Shown one piece after another: positions 39,973 to 54,509 of a stretch of DNA of 64,000 bases. The translations under genes and the position numbers were made by a program. How positions within the stretch are numbered: position 1 is the first letter of the stretch; every line of letters starts with the position of its first letter. Under the pieces are notes generated by a model. That model saw only the letters and a program-made list of their open reading frames with translations. It was not told the DNA's origin and searched no databases. The stretch comes from Octopus sinensis (taxonomy: Eukaryota). The stretch is from assembly GCF_006345805.1 (NCBI RefSeq), contig NC_043015.1, forward strand, positions 41,912,001 to 41,976,000, given 5' to 3'.

Positions 39973-40012
39973 AAGAAATTACCGGTTTCGCGTGTAGCTT
40001 TTCAAATTTCTT
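39973..40012 (-). ncRNA. Minimal type I hammerhead-like motif in the PLE 3' region (U3-A8 core variant)
   Basis: Minus strand AAGAAAU-UUGAAAA-GC(UACAC)GC-GAAA-CCGG-UA-AUUUCUU: 7-bp stem I, palindromic ACCGGU stem III, GUA triplet, same strand as the PLE ORF. Confidence 0.75.
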
Positions 40013-40164
40013 GTGACGTTATGTTTATATTGCATGGATTATCGTTGTTTTATTTCCAGGAGATTTCTAAATAAGGGGGTAGTGAGTGATTTTTTCCGGT
40101 GTAGGGAGATAATCGCTTAAAAATTTTTTTTTTTCTTTTTTTCCCTTTTCCTGTAATTTCTCTG

Positions 40165-41880
40165 TCAGTATGTTCGGATGGTTGAGTCTGGGTTTGTACT
40201 TTTCAATGAAGAATGTTCCTTGTTCAGTCTCATTTGTGTTGATGATCCGAAAGCACATTGGTAAAATGGGAAGATTAAAAATTGTGGCAGTAGTTGCTTT
40301 GCGCATTTCTCAATGTGCTCACTAAAAGGTATCATTCTATATTCTGGGAATGCAATCTGTTGTCGATGCAGTGTGCATCTGCGCCTGAGTGATAGTCCCG
40401 TGGAACCCACGTAGTCTTGGTGGCAGCCCGAGCATTTAATAACATAAATTATGTTTTCAGAGGCACAAGTAAAGTTAGATTTGATCTTAAATTTCTGTCC
40501 CTCTTTAAAGAAGAATTCTGATCCTTCCAATAGGTTAGGACATGTTGCACAGTTCGATCTACCACATTTTTTACTTTTGCATCCGTAATTTTAGAAGACA
40601 ATTTTGCCTTTGTGAGAATCTTTTTAAGTGATTTAGGCTGTTTGTAGCTTTTAATGATTTGGTGTATGTTTAGAATTTCCTTTAATTTTGGGTTTTTATG
40701 AAGTATTGGTAAATTCTGGGTGATGATGGTGAAGGCTTCTTTGTTTCTGGGGTTGTATGTAGATATGTAAGGTAGTATTTTCGGGGAAGGTGTGTTGTTG
40801 TGTTGAACTTTTCTTAAAGTTTCTATGTTGATTTCTGTTGCACGTCTGATCCCATCCTCTATGAGTTGAGCTGGGTAATGTCTGTCAATTAGGGTGTTTT
40901 TGAGTTCTTGCAGTCTAAAGTTCCTGGTATTTTGTTCTGACACTATTGTGCATATCCTTCTTGCAAGGTTGAAGGGGATGTTTGTTTTAGTGTGTCTTGG
41001 GTGGCATGAATTAAAAGAAGGTATTGTTTGGCGTCTGTGGCTTTGTAAAAAATGTCTGTTTCTATTTTAAGGTTAATTTTTTTAATTAGTATATCCAAGA
41101 ACGGGAGCTCCTTTTGGTTGTATTCCATTGTGAACTGTATATTTGGGTTTATGCTGTTCAATAGGTTTTTAAATTTTAGGAGTTTATCTATGTTTTCATT
41201 CCAGAAATGAAACAATCGTCTAGGAATCGTTTCCAATTCTCTTTTATGTATTGAGAGAGGGAGTTTCCAAAGATTGATAGAGATTCCTGGTAAATGATTA
41301 TTTCCATGTATCCCATTGTTAAGTTCGCAATGACTGGTGCTGCCCTTGTACCCATAGCAATTCCGGATTTTTGACGGTAAAATGTATTGTCAAACATGAA
41401 GTGGTTATTGTGTAGGATGAATTCAATTGATTTAGTAATGAATTCCTTACTGATCCTTTTGGTATTTCTTCCGGAAATTGGTCTAACCAGAATTGTATTG
41501 CCTCCAGTCCATAATTATGAGGTATACTGGTATACAAGTTGACTACATCAAATGAAACCAGGATTGTTTCTTCCTTGGTTTTTTTTGGAAGGTGGTTTAA
41601 CATATCTAAGTCATCTCTGATATGGCTATCGATATGTTTAAGGAAGGGTTTCAAGAGGATGTCCATAAGTAGACTTAGTCTGTGTTTTCACAGGTTGGGC
41701 CAGCTACAATGGGTCGTAGTTTTAGGTCCCCCGGATTAGGTGTGTGTATGTATGTCTTTGGTGATTTTTAATGGTTTCATTTATAATTTGACTTTTATGA
41801 ATTTTTGGCAGACCATAAAAGGCTAGGTTTGCATTTAAGTTTGTTAGAAATCAATCTCTTGGTTGTCAGTTCCTTTTCAT
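40165..41880 (-). pseudogene. Disrupted PLE RT-GIY-YIG ORF split across at least six frame segments
   Basis: ORF-track pieces 41319-41666, 41188-41397, 40943-41236, 40449-40943 and 40165-40530 each carry consecutive domain motifs in different frames. Confidence 0.9.
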
Positions 41881-41934
41881 GGGTTTTAATTAGTGAAGAT
41901 AGAGTTTTCATTATTTATATATATATATTTTTTC

Positions 41935-41970
<36 letters not shown>

Positions 41971-42306
41971 CTATTGTGGTGTGTGTGTGTGGTGTGTGTG
42001 TTGTGTGTATTTATTTATATGTGGGGGTTTGTGTATATATGTACATTCGTGTATTTTTTACTCTTTTATCCGTTCATTTGTTTCAGTCATTTGACTGCGG
42101 CCGTGCTGGATGACCGTCTTCATTCGAACAAATTGACCCCAGGGGACTTATTCTTTGTAAGCCTAGTACTTATTCTATCGGTGTCTTTGACCGTACCGCT
42201 AAGTTACGGGGACGTAAACACACCAACGTCGGTTGTCAATTGATGGAGGATGGGATAACCACAGATGCATAAACACACACACACACACTCACACACACAC
42301 TCACAT

Positions 42307-42349
<43 letters not shown>

Positions 42350-42354
<5 letters not shown>

Positions 42355-42900
42355 TGCGATAACCCTTGCCTTCCGTCTATCTTTGGTTTTACAAGGAGCT
42401 TTGTTGGCCTCTCGCTCAACTGCGCCTCATGCATAATAATCAAGCAGGTTGCAGTAGAGAGAATTAGGTGACCAGATTTTAGGGCTGATGTGTGTACAGA
42501 AATTGTCTGACACTCATGACTGCGTTCTTATGCTTGTCTGGCATGGAGCAGAGTCCTGTCGCCAGACATAGTCTTTCAGCGGACTCTGCTTTACTCTGGG
42601 CAGCACAATCCACTCCAGGAACTTGCTGTAGGCTTCCATTTTGCGTCTGAAGCCGTGTGCAAAGATAAATGAAGGCATAACGTAGCCATCATTAGTGATC
42701 ACTCCAAACACCATGATTTTGACAGGATGTTTGATACTTATAACTCTCAGTACATGTCCACAGATTACACTGTCTTCAGATTGAGACCCGAACACTCTGA
42801 ATTGTTCGTAATGGAGCTTCCGGCGCGAATGCCAAGCAGTAGAGCATATCGTTTCCACATTTCTGAATTGAATTGAACCATGGTGCTGTTTTTCTAACAT
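42350..42900 (-). mobile_element. maT/DD37D-like Tc1-mariner transposase fragment
   Basis: KHPVKIMVFGVITNDGYVMPSFIF...YVWRQDSAPCQTS, continuing after a frameshift as IWSPNSLYCNLLDYY...AVERETNK. Confidence 0.8.
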
Positions 42901-44586
42901 GCGGTGCGCAACTGACCCTACTATACTGTGTAGTCCACAAAATCAAAAACAAAGAATGTGAATGCACGAAATTAAAAATAGAAAATTTACCCATCCCACC
43001 CGATATGTGTGTGTGTGGGGGGGTGTATAGATCTTTTTCCTCAGGAAAGGATCTTGTATCAAATATGAGACTTTGTCTTTCTTACAGTAAAATTATTTAT
43101 TCGAGTTTCACTTTTTACCCACCATCTGATATGCACGCCTGCGTGTAAGCGCAAGCGGATGTACTTGTGTGTGCACATCTGATGTGAGAAAACTAGAGTA
43201 AATCGGGTGATTTACAAACGAAATGCTTTCAGATTTTATTTCATCATTGCTCCACAATTTCTACAGGCCCTTTCAACTTTCAGCCCCGTTGCAACCTCAG
43301 CAGATTCGTTAGCATGAATGCACAAACAACTAAGCAACTATTCACAAGTTCTGCTATAATAATAAATCAATAGAAATATCTCCGTATTTCTGCTGAATAA
43401 GAATTTTAATTTTCTGTGAAATTCTTTTTGTTTTTTTTTATGAAATTCTATATAATACGTAAGATTCGTATTAGCAGTTTAGATATACAGAACAAATTCA
43501 TCACAACTGAAAGAAAACATTAAGAAAACATGATATCAAAAGCACTATATCATACATGATAACTGTATGTGCCTCTTAGATATAGAGAGCAGTTTATCGT
43601 AATTTTAACTTTACAACACATCATTGAGATCGCGAAAACAAAAGGCAAGTTGGATGCTTTTTTTTCTGCTTTTTGATACGTGTCATACCATCCACACTCC
43701 ACATCAATTATCCGCCACATAACAGTTGAATATCAATAAATATTTCGCTGATAAATTTCTCTAAGCGTAACTTCTACAGTCAGCTAATGAGAAAGAGCAA
43801 CAGAGACAAGGAGAAAAAGCGAGAGAAAGAAAACGAGAAAGAGGCCAGCCGTTGATCATACAACATCATTTTGATGCATATAAAATTTGATAACGTTCAT
43901 CTCTTCCGCCATATAAAATATATATATTCCTTATCGCAAAATAATTTCCATCTATCAACAATTCTTTGGTTTTAAATTTCTATAGTCAGGCTGTCAAGTA
44001 ATATATTTAACCAAATTTTGATATGAAATTCGTCGAGATACGAGTTTTATATAATTGCTTTTAACGAATGATACAAAGCAAACGAGAGGATTAAATTGTT
44101 TCGAGAGACATTTGGAACGAAACAAACTTAAATAATCAGCGAAAATTTGAGAAAGTTAGAAGTATGAAATAGATGAAGAAACACAGTGTATATTTAAGTG
44201 TATATATGTATATATATATATATACAAACACACATACAAACACACATACACACACAACCCACATAAAACACCATACATACATATAATATATAGATAAATA
44301 TATATATATTCTATATATATAGAATAGTATATATATATATGTATGATATGTATGTGTGTGCATTTGTGCGTGTATGTGTGTATGTGTGTAGAGAGATAAC
44401 GTGAGGGATTTGGTAGAGCAGATGTGAAACAAAACTCAATATATGTCTCCATATATTTATATATGGAGACATGTGTGTGTGCGTATATATATACATACAC
44501 ATTTACAAAGACACATACATATATATGTATATCTATCTATCTATTTACCTATCTACATATATATAAATATATACATACACACAAAT

Positions 44587-45200
44587 TTCATATACACAAC
44601 GCATCCATGTATGTATGTATGTATGTATGTATGTATGTATGTATGTATGTATGTATGTATTATGTATGAATGTATGTATGTATGTATGTATGTATGCATG
44701 TATGAATGTATGTATTTATGTATGAATTTATGTACGTATGAAGGTGTGTATGCATTTACGAATGTATGTATGTATGTATAAATGTATGTATGTATGTATA
44801 AATGTATGTATGTATGTATGTATGTATGTATGTATGCATGCATGCATGTATGTATGTATGTATATATGTATGTATGTTAGTTTGTATGTATGTATGTATG
44901 TATGTATGTATGCATGCATGCATGCATGTATGTATGTATGTATGTATATATGTATGTATGTTTGTTTGTATGTATGTATGTATGTATGTATGTATGAATG
45001 TATGCATGAATGTAGGTAGGTAGGTAGGTATGTATGTATGTATGTATGTATGTATGTATGCATGCATGCATGTATGTATGTATGTATATATGTATGTATG
45101 TTTGTTTGTATGTAGTATGTATGTATGTATGTATGTATGAATGTACGCATGAATGTAGGTAGGTATGTATGTATGTATATGTATGTATGTATGTATGTAT
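44587..45200. repeat. (TATG)n microsatellite with duplicated variant blocks
   Basis: Direct reading; source of the MYVC/HTYI ORFs. Confidence 0.97.
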
Positions 45201-45593
45201 GTGTATTGCCAAAATGGAGTGAAAAGTGAGGTTGAAAGTAACAGAAGAAATGAAATGAAAACGAGAAAGATCACGTGTTAGTTTGCTTTGACAAGTTCCA
45301 GCAGTTATCTTGAATCAATTACTAGAAGAAACCTTGCGTCTCTACCTCTTTCCCCTGCCGCCCTCACTATTTCTATCTCTCTTTCTTCGTGACTCTCTGT
45401 CTTTCTCTCTCAATCTCTCTTTCCTTCTCTCTTATTGAAAGTGATGTTTACAGTGATATCGGATGATAATTCATATTATGCATAATATATCGGCGAAATA
45501 GTTATTGATATACAACTTTGGTGTTCGTGGGTAAATAGTGCGGAGTGCGCATGCTCATGTTACGTAGTATACACACATGCATACATACATACA

Positions 45594-45625
<32 letters not shown>

Positions 45626-45704
45626 CATACATACATACACACACATATACATACATATATACACACACATATACATATACATATATTTATACATACATAT
45701 ACAC

Positions 45705-45742
<38 letters not shown>

Positions 45743-48700
45743 ATTTAGTCCGCGCTAATATTTGGGATATTTGTGTGTGTGTGTATATATATATATATAC
45801 ATATATATCCATATGTATTGTTGGATGTATATATTCATACATACATATGTACTTACCTACATACTTACATATACACATACATACATGCATACAAACATGC
45901 AAACATACATATATCCATACATACACACTTGTTATATACACTGGATTGTGATGAATTTATTGAATAAGTGCAGATATGTGCGCATATATAAATACGAACA
46001 GAGAAAGAAATCCCCTTCTCCACACAAACACACACCAACGTGTGTATATATATATGTGTGAGCATGAGTATGTGTTCGTGGTTATGCTAAGCCTTTCAGT
46101 CTGTACATATAATGTTATGATACCCTTATATTGCCAGATGATAACCACCTCATATAGGTATTTACACTGCATCAGTTTCTACTTACAATGGTACAGCTAT
46201 TATCTTATAAACTTATTAATATCCATAGTCAAATTTCCCGTCACATACAAGGAAATGAGTCATAAACTTTTATATTTAACTCTTTCGGATTTTATGTTGC
46301 CAGCTTAAAAGTTGCACTCCATGCTGACGTTTGAGCTGGCTCTTGCGGAGGGCTAATTGACCCTGCGGCTCACAATTAAGGAGAGTTAAATAGTATGGCT
46401 ATAATACATCTATAATGTCTATATATCTCGAAGGTGTTTTATCAGGGTTTAAGGACGGATGAGAATCAATTTTGTAATGCAATCATTTTATTTTTCTAGT
46501 CTGAAATTGGATTCCATTTGCTGACCAATGTGTCTCAAGGTTCTTATCTCGACATAAAATTAACGACCAAACGTTATTTCTCTCACCCCTTCGTTTCTGA
46601 CGTCATCTGACATACGCCAACCAAGATGGCATGATTCAGCCAAGCTTTACCTGCTAGAAATAGCAATCCAAATACTTTTAAATCAGATCTCAATGTTGGA
46701 TGTTCAAAAGCCAAATGAAGGGCAGATTTTCAATCCCAGGTTCATCCTGATTTCAAAAAGGGACAGTGTAATATGTCTTTGTAGACTAAGATACAGGGGT
46801 CCCAGGCGGACAGACAGAATTTCGCTTTTATTATTATAGAAGACCATCTCTTATGCTGGCGTGGATCTCCTCTAAGTTGTGTTACTTCATATCAAGACCC
46901 AAAACTTGCTAATATTATTATTAGGTTCTTGAAAGATTTCTTCATTTTATGGAACTTTTGCTTGCAGTGACTGCAATTTGTGCACTCATACAAGGAGCAT
47001 TCCATGTTTCATATCATTCAAAACTTCTGTTATATTTGCTGATCACTAGCATTGCTTTGATATTAACTTGTCCGTAATTTCCAATCTCACTTTCAATTTC
47101 AATTTCAATTTCGTGGGCTGCTTCTCTCATGTAAGACAGGTGAGGGAGAGAGAGAGAGAGAAATAGAGTGAGAGAAAGAGAAGTTTGCTTCCCATGCACA
47201 TAATTTTCGGATAATATCCCAGTGTGTAGCAACTTATGCAGCTTTCTTCTACTAAAGCTTCAGGTATATCAAAGTCCTGTGAGTGGGTTTGGTAGACCGA
47301 AACGAAAATGAGCCCGATTTATATATATATCTGTGTGTGTGGTGTGTGTGTGGTGGTGTGTGTGTTGTGTTTGTGTGTTGTGTGTGTGTGTGTGTGAGTG
47401 TGGTGTGGTGTGGGTGTGTGTGTGTGTGTGTTGTGGTGTGTGTGTGTATGTGTGTGTGTGTCGAGTGTGGTAGCATCAAAAAGTTCGCGGAATAGTTCTG
47501 GAGTTCCGTCCAGGGGGAACGTAGGCGGGTTGATTATGGTAAGCTACAAAAATGCGAGTGAGTGCGTCCTGATCAGCGATGTTTAACATCATCCGATAAT
47601 CTGATCGATACGATGATGTTACATAACGCAACATATACGTTAGTATATTAAATAACTTCGTTTCTGATATAACATTTATATTTCATAGCCGCCATCACAA
47701 AAATTAATAAACAAACATACTATTTCGATATTTTAATATTGAAACGGTTACATCAATTGGAGATGGGAACAAGAATTTTTTTTTAAAATTGATTGATTTA
47801 TAAATGTTACTTTCCATTTGAATTAATATTTATAAAGAAAAACGTAATTCGTATCACTGTCATTAATTATATTTATATGAGACTTAATATATTCTGTTTG
47901 TTAATTCATAGAGTATCATTACAGCGTGGGATATGAATAATTATGTGTACAGAATCGTATCCATACATTTAATTAGCATATGTCCTGTCTCACTGTGATT
48001 TTAGGTATCGTAGCAAAACTACAGGGCTTCTGAAAAAAATGGCGAACAGCTCTTTATAAAAATGTACATATGGCTTCTTCTATATTTTACTTCTTTCAGT
48101 CATTGGACTGCGGCCATACTGCGGTATCGCCTTGAAGGTTTTAATCAACATTTCCTCTCAGTATTTATGATACGTTTTTCAAGTCTGGTACATATTCGAT
48201 CGGTGTGTTGTCAAGCCGTGAGGAGACAAAATCAGACACACATATGCATATTCCACAGTTTCCATCTCTCCTAATTAGACCGGAGCTATGAAAGAAGACA
48301 CTTATCCAAGATGCTGAATTGTGGGACTGAACCCGGAGCTAGATGGTTGCGCGGCGAGAACCTTAACCACACCGCCATACCTGTTCTATTTGTTATTAAT
48401 ACTTTTGTTTTTGCTGTTGGCGGTGTTGAAGATAGTCCTCTAGAGCGACCAAGCTCTAGATCTATGATGAAAGGTAATCCAACTGTGACCACCTCGAATT
48501 TTTAACGGCTTGTACATCTCTATTATCAAGTACTTGAACCACCATATACTGCTCATTTCCATTTGCTATTAATAAAATTGCAAAATTGCAATATTTATCA
48601 GTGACAATATTTATCATAGCATTTTATTGTCGAGAGAATACTTCCTTTTGTTAATTAAAATTAGTTATTGTCAACCGGTGGATAAATTGCCTCACCGTGA

Positions 48701-50357
48701 AGCTTTCACACTATTGCTAATTAAGTGTCCATTAACTTGCGGAGTTTAAAGATTGGACTAATGTTTATATGAAGAAAAGAAGTGAGGCGAATATTTTGAG
48801 TGATCTAGATGTGAATTATACACAGGTCTCAATTACCTAGGAGCAGAGGTCGTTTAAAAACGGCAGAAAGACAACAAGAGGTAGGTGACGACGTGATACG
48901 GGGTGATGTGTTCTGTTGACTGACCCTTAATTAATCAACTGGTTAGATAACTATTTGTATCATATAGATAGATAAATAAATAGATGGATAGATAGACAGA
49001 CAGATTAGATATGTATATGAGTGCATGATATATATATATAATATAAATATATTATATATATATATATATATAATTATAATTTAGGGTATCTAGAGATTAC
49101 CTCCAACTGCAAATAGCAGCCAAAACTGACTCTAAAACCACATGGTTTTAGATTCAAATTTGGCCTGCTATTTCCATACATACATACATACATACATACA
49201 TACATACATACATACATACCATCATACATACATACATACATACATACATACATGCATACATACATACATACATACATACATACATACATACATACATACA
49301 TACATACATACATACCACGTACACACGTATGTAGGAATCGAGAATGTTTGTGCTATATGGGAGATTCTTCTTGACGATGTAGAAGTATCGTAAATTGAAT
49401 TATTTCTGAGTTGCGTAAAACCTAGTGTATCTAATCTGATCATAAGTATAATTAATCCGTAACAAGAGTCCCTAGCTTCTGAAAGAAAAAAACACAGAAC
49501 AGCATTTGTCTGATGACATATGATATATAAATACAATCGCTATAAGAAATTTCACAGAAATTGCAAAACCTGATATTTATTGTTGTATAAAGTGTCAAAC
49601 TGTAAAGATTTTCTCCGTATGTAAAGAGGTAAAAACTCGAGTCTAGTCTGTTGATTTGCATCCCGAACTGTAATGTGGATCGTATAGAACAGGGTGTCAC
49701 GACCTCATCGCAATACGGGTGGAGGTCATTTTCGTGAGAATAAGAACAGGTTTATTTTCTTAGAGTGTGATGCACGCGTAACTCTGTGTATGTACGTGTG
49801 TAATTGTGTGATTGCATGTTCGTGTGAATGCCTGCGTGTGTGTGTGTGGTTGAATATATCAAAGAGTATGTTGGTAAATCTATAAGATGTGAATGATCAA
49901 TACGGAGAATTTATTTTGCGCGATTTTACGGCGTAGAGGCTGGAATATCCTTGATGTAAGATAAATAGAATTCCTGGCTCGTACATCTTCAAGCTCTTAC
50001 ATACGCCAATACCAATCTTTCCACCTTTATCCTTATATATATATATATATATAAGATATTATATATATATATATATATATATGTGTGTGGTGTGTGTGTG
50101 TGTGGTGTGTGTGTGTGTGTGTGTGAATGTGTGAGTGTGAGTGTGTGTATACATAAATACGTATAAATACATATACGTACATACACATATACATATTACT
50201 TACATTCGTACCTTGATTCTTTCAGACTATCTATCTCTCTCTCTCTCTCTTCTCTCTCTCTATTATATATATATATTATATATATATATAATATATATAT
50301 GGCTATCTATCCCTTTGTCTGTCTGTCCATCTATCTATTTATCTATTCTATTTCTCT

Positions 50358-50396
<39 letters not shown>

Positions 50397-50406
50397 CTAT
50401 ATATAT

Positions 50407-50438
<32 letters not shown>

Positions 50439-50472
50439 CATATACATACCTATATTAATATATATACATATG

Positions 50473-50503
<31 letters not shown>

Positions 50504-51258
50504 TTGTGTGTGTACCTATATATATAAACATATATATATAAATACATATACATATAAAGTTATATATACATATAAAGTTATATATCTATATATATTAATG
50601 TCCCCTCGTGCGTGCGTATGCCTTTATACCTGTATGTACGTATGCGGTGCTCAAATATCAATAATTCTGTAACGTATCAGATGCAATTCATTGATTCATT
50701 GCCTCAAATTATGTTGTGAAAACGCAAAGAAATCTTATTTTCTTTTTTTTTTTTTGACGTTTGTCCAAGTTTTCAATCTCTTAGTTTTCTCGGAACGCCA
50801 TAATTTATTCAGATGACGATTGTAATGATTACGTACGGGTGGTCGAGTCGGATGGTAAGAAAGTTAATGTCACCATGATGTACCACCATAAATTGATTGA
50901 TAGCACGTAGCTTGGAGCTGTAATATTAGATTTAAAACTATGAAACGTCAGCAAAATCCTTGCTTTCCATATATATTACCTCATATATATATATATATTT
51001 ATATAATATATATATATATATTTAATAATATATTATATATATATATATATATATAATATATATAAAGAAGATATATATTGGTGTGTGTGTGTGTATGGTG
51101 TGTATAGATATATATATATATATATGCATATGAATATATGATCCACTGGCTATATTTATATATAAATATAAATATATATAGAGATAGATATAAATATATA
51201 TATATATAAATATATGCATATATATATAAGTATGTATATATATGTATATATATATGTG

Positions 51259-51290
<32 letters not shown>

Positions 51291-51496
51291 CGTAGATATA
51301 AATATATATATATATAAATATATACATACATATATATATGTATATATATACATATACATATTATATATATGTATATATATATACATGCATATATATATAT
51401 ATATGCGTTATATATACATATATAATATATATATATATATATTATATATATTATACATATATTATATATATATATATGGATATATGTGTGTATATA

Positions 51497-51960
51497 CATG
51501 AGGTCTCATCAAAAGGTATCAGAAATGTTGGTATGGTAACGGAGCTAAAGTGAAACAGCTTGGCACGGATTGATCTTGAAGTTGTTGCGCACGCACACTG
51601 AGTTTAAACGTTCTCGGTCATTTTTGCTGATTATAGCTGTGCTTGGAAGTAAAGTGTGTATCATGTGGCCAACCGAAAAAAAAATGCAGGAAAAGAAATT
51701 ATTGGGTTACAGTGGTGCAACATCTCTTTCCTAACGTTTGAAAAGTGTTATAAAAGGGGACGAAACGTGGGTCCACGGCTAGGCAAAAAGCAAATCTCAC
51801 TTGAACAAAACAAGATTTGTGGGCGTAGAGGAAGTGCAAGAGAATGCGACGATGCAGCTGCTCACTATCTCAAAAAGGGGTCTCAAGAAGGGTTCCGTGA
51901 ATGAAAATGATGCTGTACAAAATAAGTGGCTTCAGAATGAAGAAGAAATGCCGAATATAT
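51497..51960 (+). mobile_element. Degenerate mariner remnant
   Basis: TIR-like catgaggtctcatcaaaaggtatc after TA; internal aaaaggggacgaaacgtgggtccac = KGDETWVH (GDETW motif). Confidence 0.7.
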
Positions 51961-52295
51961 CTGAGTCGCTTTCTTTTTATAGCATCAGTTCCGTTATAAG
52001 TAGATCAGACTATATATATATATATATATAAATGAGGGGGCGTGTGATTGATAATTCTTCATGATGAGATAAACATGCCATACGTACCGGAATAATATGA
52101 AGTCATATGGAGCTGAGTAAAACAATTGAGAAATATATGTAACACACATCGAATGTGTTCAATGATACATCCTTTCGATTGTCCGCCCGTGTTTTATAGT
52201 TGGTTGGTTGGATGGATGGATGCATGGATGGATGCATAGATAGCTAGACAGATAGATAGATAGATAGAGAGATAGATAGATAGATAGAGAGATAT

Positions 52296-52331
<36 letters not shown>

Positions 52332-52371
52332 TAGATAGATAGATAATATAGATAGATAGATAGATAGAGAT

Positions 52372-52402
<31 letters not shown>

Positions 52403-52468
52403 TATAGATAGATAGATATAGATATATATAATAGATAGTAGATAGATGGATGGATAGATAGATAATAG

Positions 52469-52516
<48 letters not shown>

Positions 52517-52919
52517 CAGAAAGACGGACGGGCGGACAGACGGGCAAGGACAAGACGCGACTTCGTTGAAACAGCCCTTCCCACAAAGCAAATTAAATAA
52601 AATTTGTGAATTTTTGCTGAGAGTGAAGGTGGTAACAAGAACAGGGTAGTGAGAACAAAACTGTAAAAACGGTGAGGGCTGTTAAGCCAACACGATAGAA
52701 ACATTATTATGAACGCTAGGAAGATGTGCTTATGAAAGGGGACAGTATAAGCACGTTTTGTTTTTAGGAAGGTAGGGAGAAGAAAGATAGATTCTCTTGC
52801 ATCACGTATCAGCGACGAGAGAGTCGAGGAGGAGGAGTGAATCCCAAAAAGAATAACAAACAAATAAAAAACAACGCGAGAACGTGTATTAGCAGTCACT
52901 CAGGGAAGGAAAAAATATG

Positions 52920-52954
52920 GTTTAATGTTTCGATCAGCGCTCCTCTTCAGAAAC
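52920..52954 (-). ncRNA. Minimal type I hammerhead-like motif (intact core, decayed stems)
   Basis: Minus strand GUUU-CUGAAGA-G-GAGC(GCU)GAUC-GAAA-CAU-U-AAAC. The flank resembles that of the 31520 element (ttccttccctgagtgactgctaatac vs ttctcttcctgagcgttatactaatac). Confidence 0.65.
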
Positions 52955-53030
52955 AGGTAAGTCCAATAGAAAAGGAAGACGGAGGAAAAAGTCGCCAACG
53001 ATTTACACGTGGTTAAGTTTTGAAATATGC

Positions 53031-53062
<32 letters not shown>

Positions 53063-53099
53063 ACATATTTTCTTATATACGTTCCCTTTATCTTTCAGA

Positions 53100-53139
<40 letters not shown>

Positions 53140-53234
53140 TTATCTATCTCTCCATTTCTCTCTCTCCCTCCCTCCCTATATATATATATATATATATACA
53201 TATACATACCTATATATGTATATATATATATATA

Positions 53235-53398
53235 CGACGGGCTTCTTTTAGTTTCCGTCTACCGAATCCACTCACAAAGCATTGGTCGACCCGAGGCTAT
53301 AGTAGAAGGCATTTGCCCAATGTGCCACGCAGTGGGACTGAACCCGGAACCATGTGGTTTGTAAGCAAACCACTTACCACACATCCACGCCTGCGCCT
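53235..53398 (-). mobile_element. SINE family 1, 5' half
   Basis: gtttccgtctaccgaatccactcacaaagc...gggactgaacccggaaccatgtgg. Similar head fragments at 93-148, 29860-29950, 34820-34885 and 62190-62325. Confidence 0.88.
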
Positions 53399-54000
53399 GA
53401 ACAAACCAATAGTTGATGGTTTTTATACTTAAGTTTGAATGAGTTTAGTAACAATCTGTTTCTCAACCACTTGACGATTACGTATGAATGCATTCGAAAT
53501 AGCTGTGATTGTTTTCATTATGGCTTCTAAAAATATACAACCCATATTAGTAGAGAGATCTCGCCTATACCTCTTGGAAGAATATGCTTCACACTCAAGA
53601 TGGAAATAGGAGCGGCAAGTGGATCTGGATGTTGTTTTAAAAAAAATGGAGAAGTGTATATACATCCACACACACACACACACACACACTCACACTCAAA
53701 CAAACACCCTCACCTATACATATATGTAGAGAGAAATAGATAGAGACAGATAGAGACAGAGATATACAGTTGTATTCATATATACATAAGATATGTATAC
53801 GTATATATATATATATATATATAATGTGCATTTGTATAAATGTAAATGCATATAATATATAAATTCTTATACGCACAAGCACACGCATATATATATATAT
53901 ACATACACGCGCACATATGCGCACGCACATGCGCACGCACATGCTCACACACCCCCACACAAACACAGACAGCCACACACGCATACATATATACATACAT

Positions 54001-54050
<50 letters not shown>

Positions 54051-54509
54051 TGTGTGTATCTGCGTACCGGATATATCGATATAAACAATAATATTGTTTA
54101 TTCTTGTGAAAAGATATAACCGTAAAACCAAAAAACGGTTTCTGCAATCTATAGCCATCGAAGAATACGTTTTGCGTAATACTCGTATATACACACATAC
54201 ATAAATACATACATGCGTATATGTATGTATCTATGTATGTATGAATGAATGTATGAATAGTTTGAAAGGAAGCGAAAGCATTTTAAAAAACGCAATCCTA
54301 GCAACATCCATAAAATAAGAAACTAAATAAATGTCAGGATAACTCCTATAACATTCGGTCGATAAACAAAAAGCCTTATACATTTTTTGTAGAATTGTGT
54401 ACATGGAAAAGTGGGCGTAATTTCCTCGTTAAATATGCGTGTGTTGTGTATATAGTTTGTCCAACGGCCACATCCTCAAAATACGCTCGACGACCAATTC
54501 TTCTAAATA

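Larger units (their letters stand above)
39800..41890 (-). mobile_element. Penelope-like element (Neptune-type), 5'-truncated and frameshifted: RT + Cys motif + GIY-YIG endonuclease
   Basis: Minus-strand reading across frameshifts gives FYGLPKIHK, LRPIVAGP, SFDVVNLYTSIP, YRQKSGIAMGTRAAPVIANL, WKRFLDDCF, LPFLDILI, KCGRSNCATC and NIIYVIKCSGCHQDYVGST...RRCTLHRQQI. These are PLE-type RT motifs and a GIY-YIG nuclease in canonical order. Confidence 0.95.

Noticed and set aside
52159-52899. 246-aa minus-strand ORF with a hydrophobic N-terminal half
   Set aside because: Half is (GATA)n, the start lies in a repeat cassette, and no recognisable domain is present.
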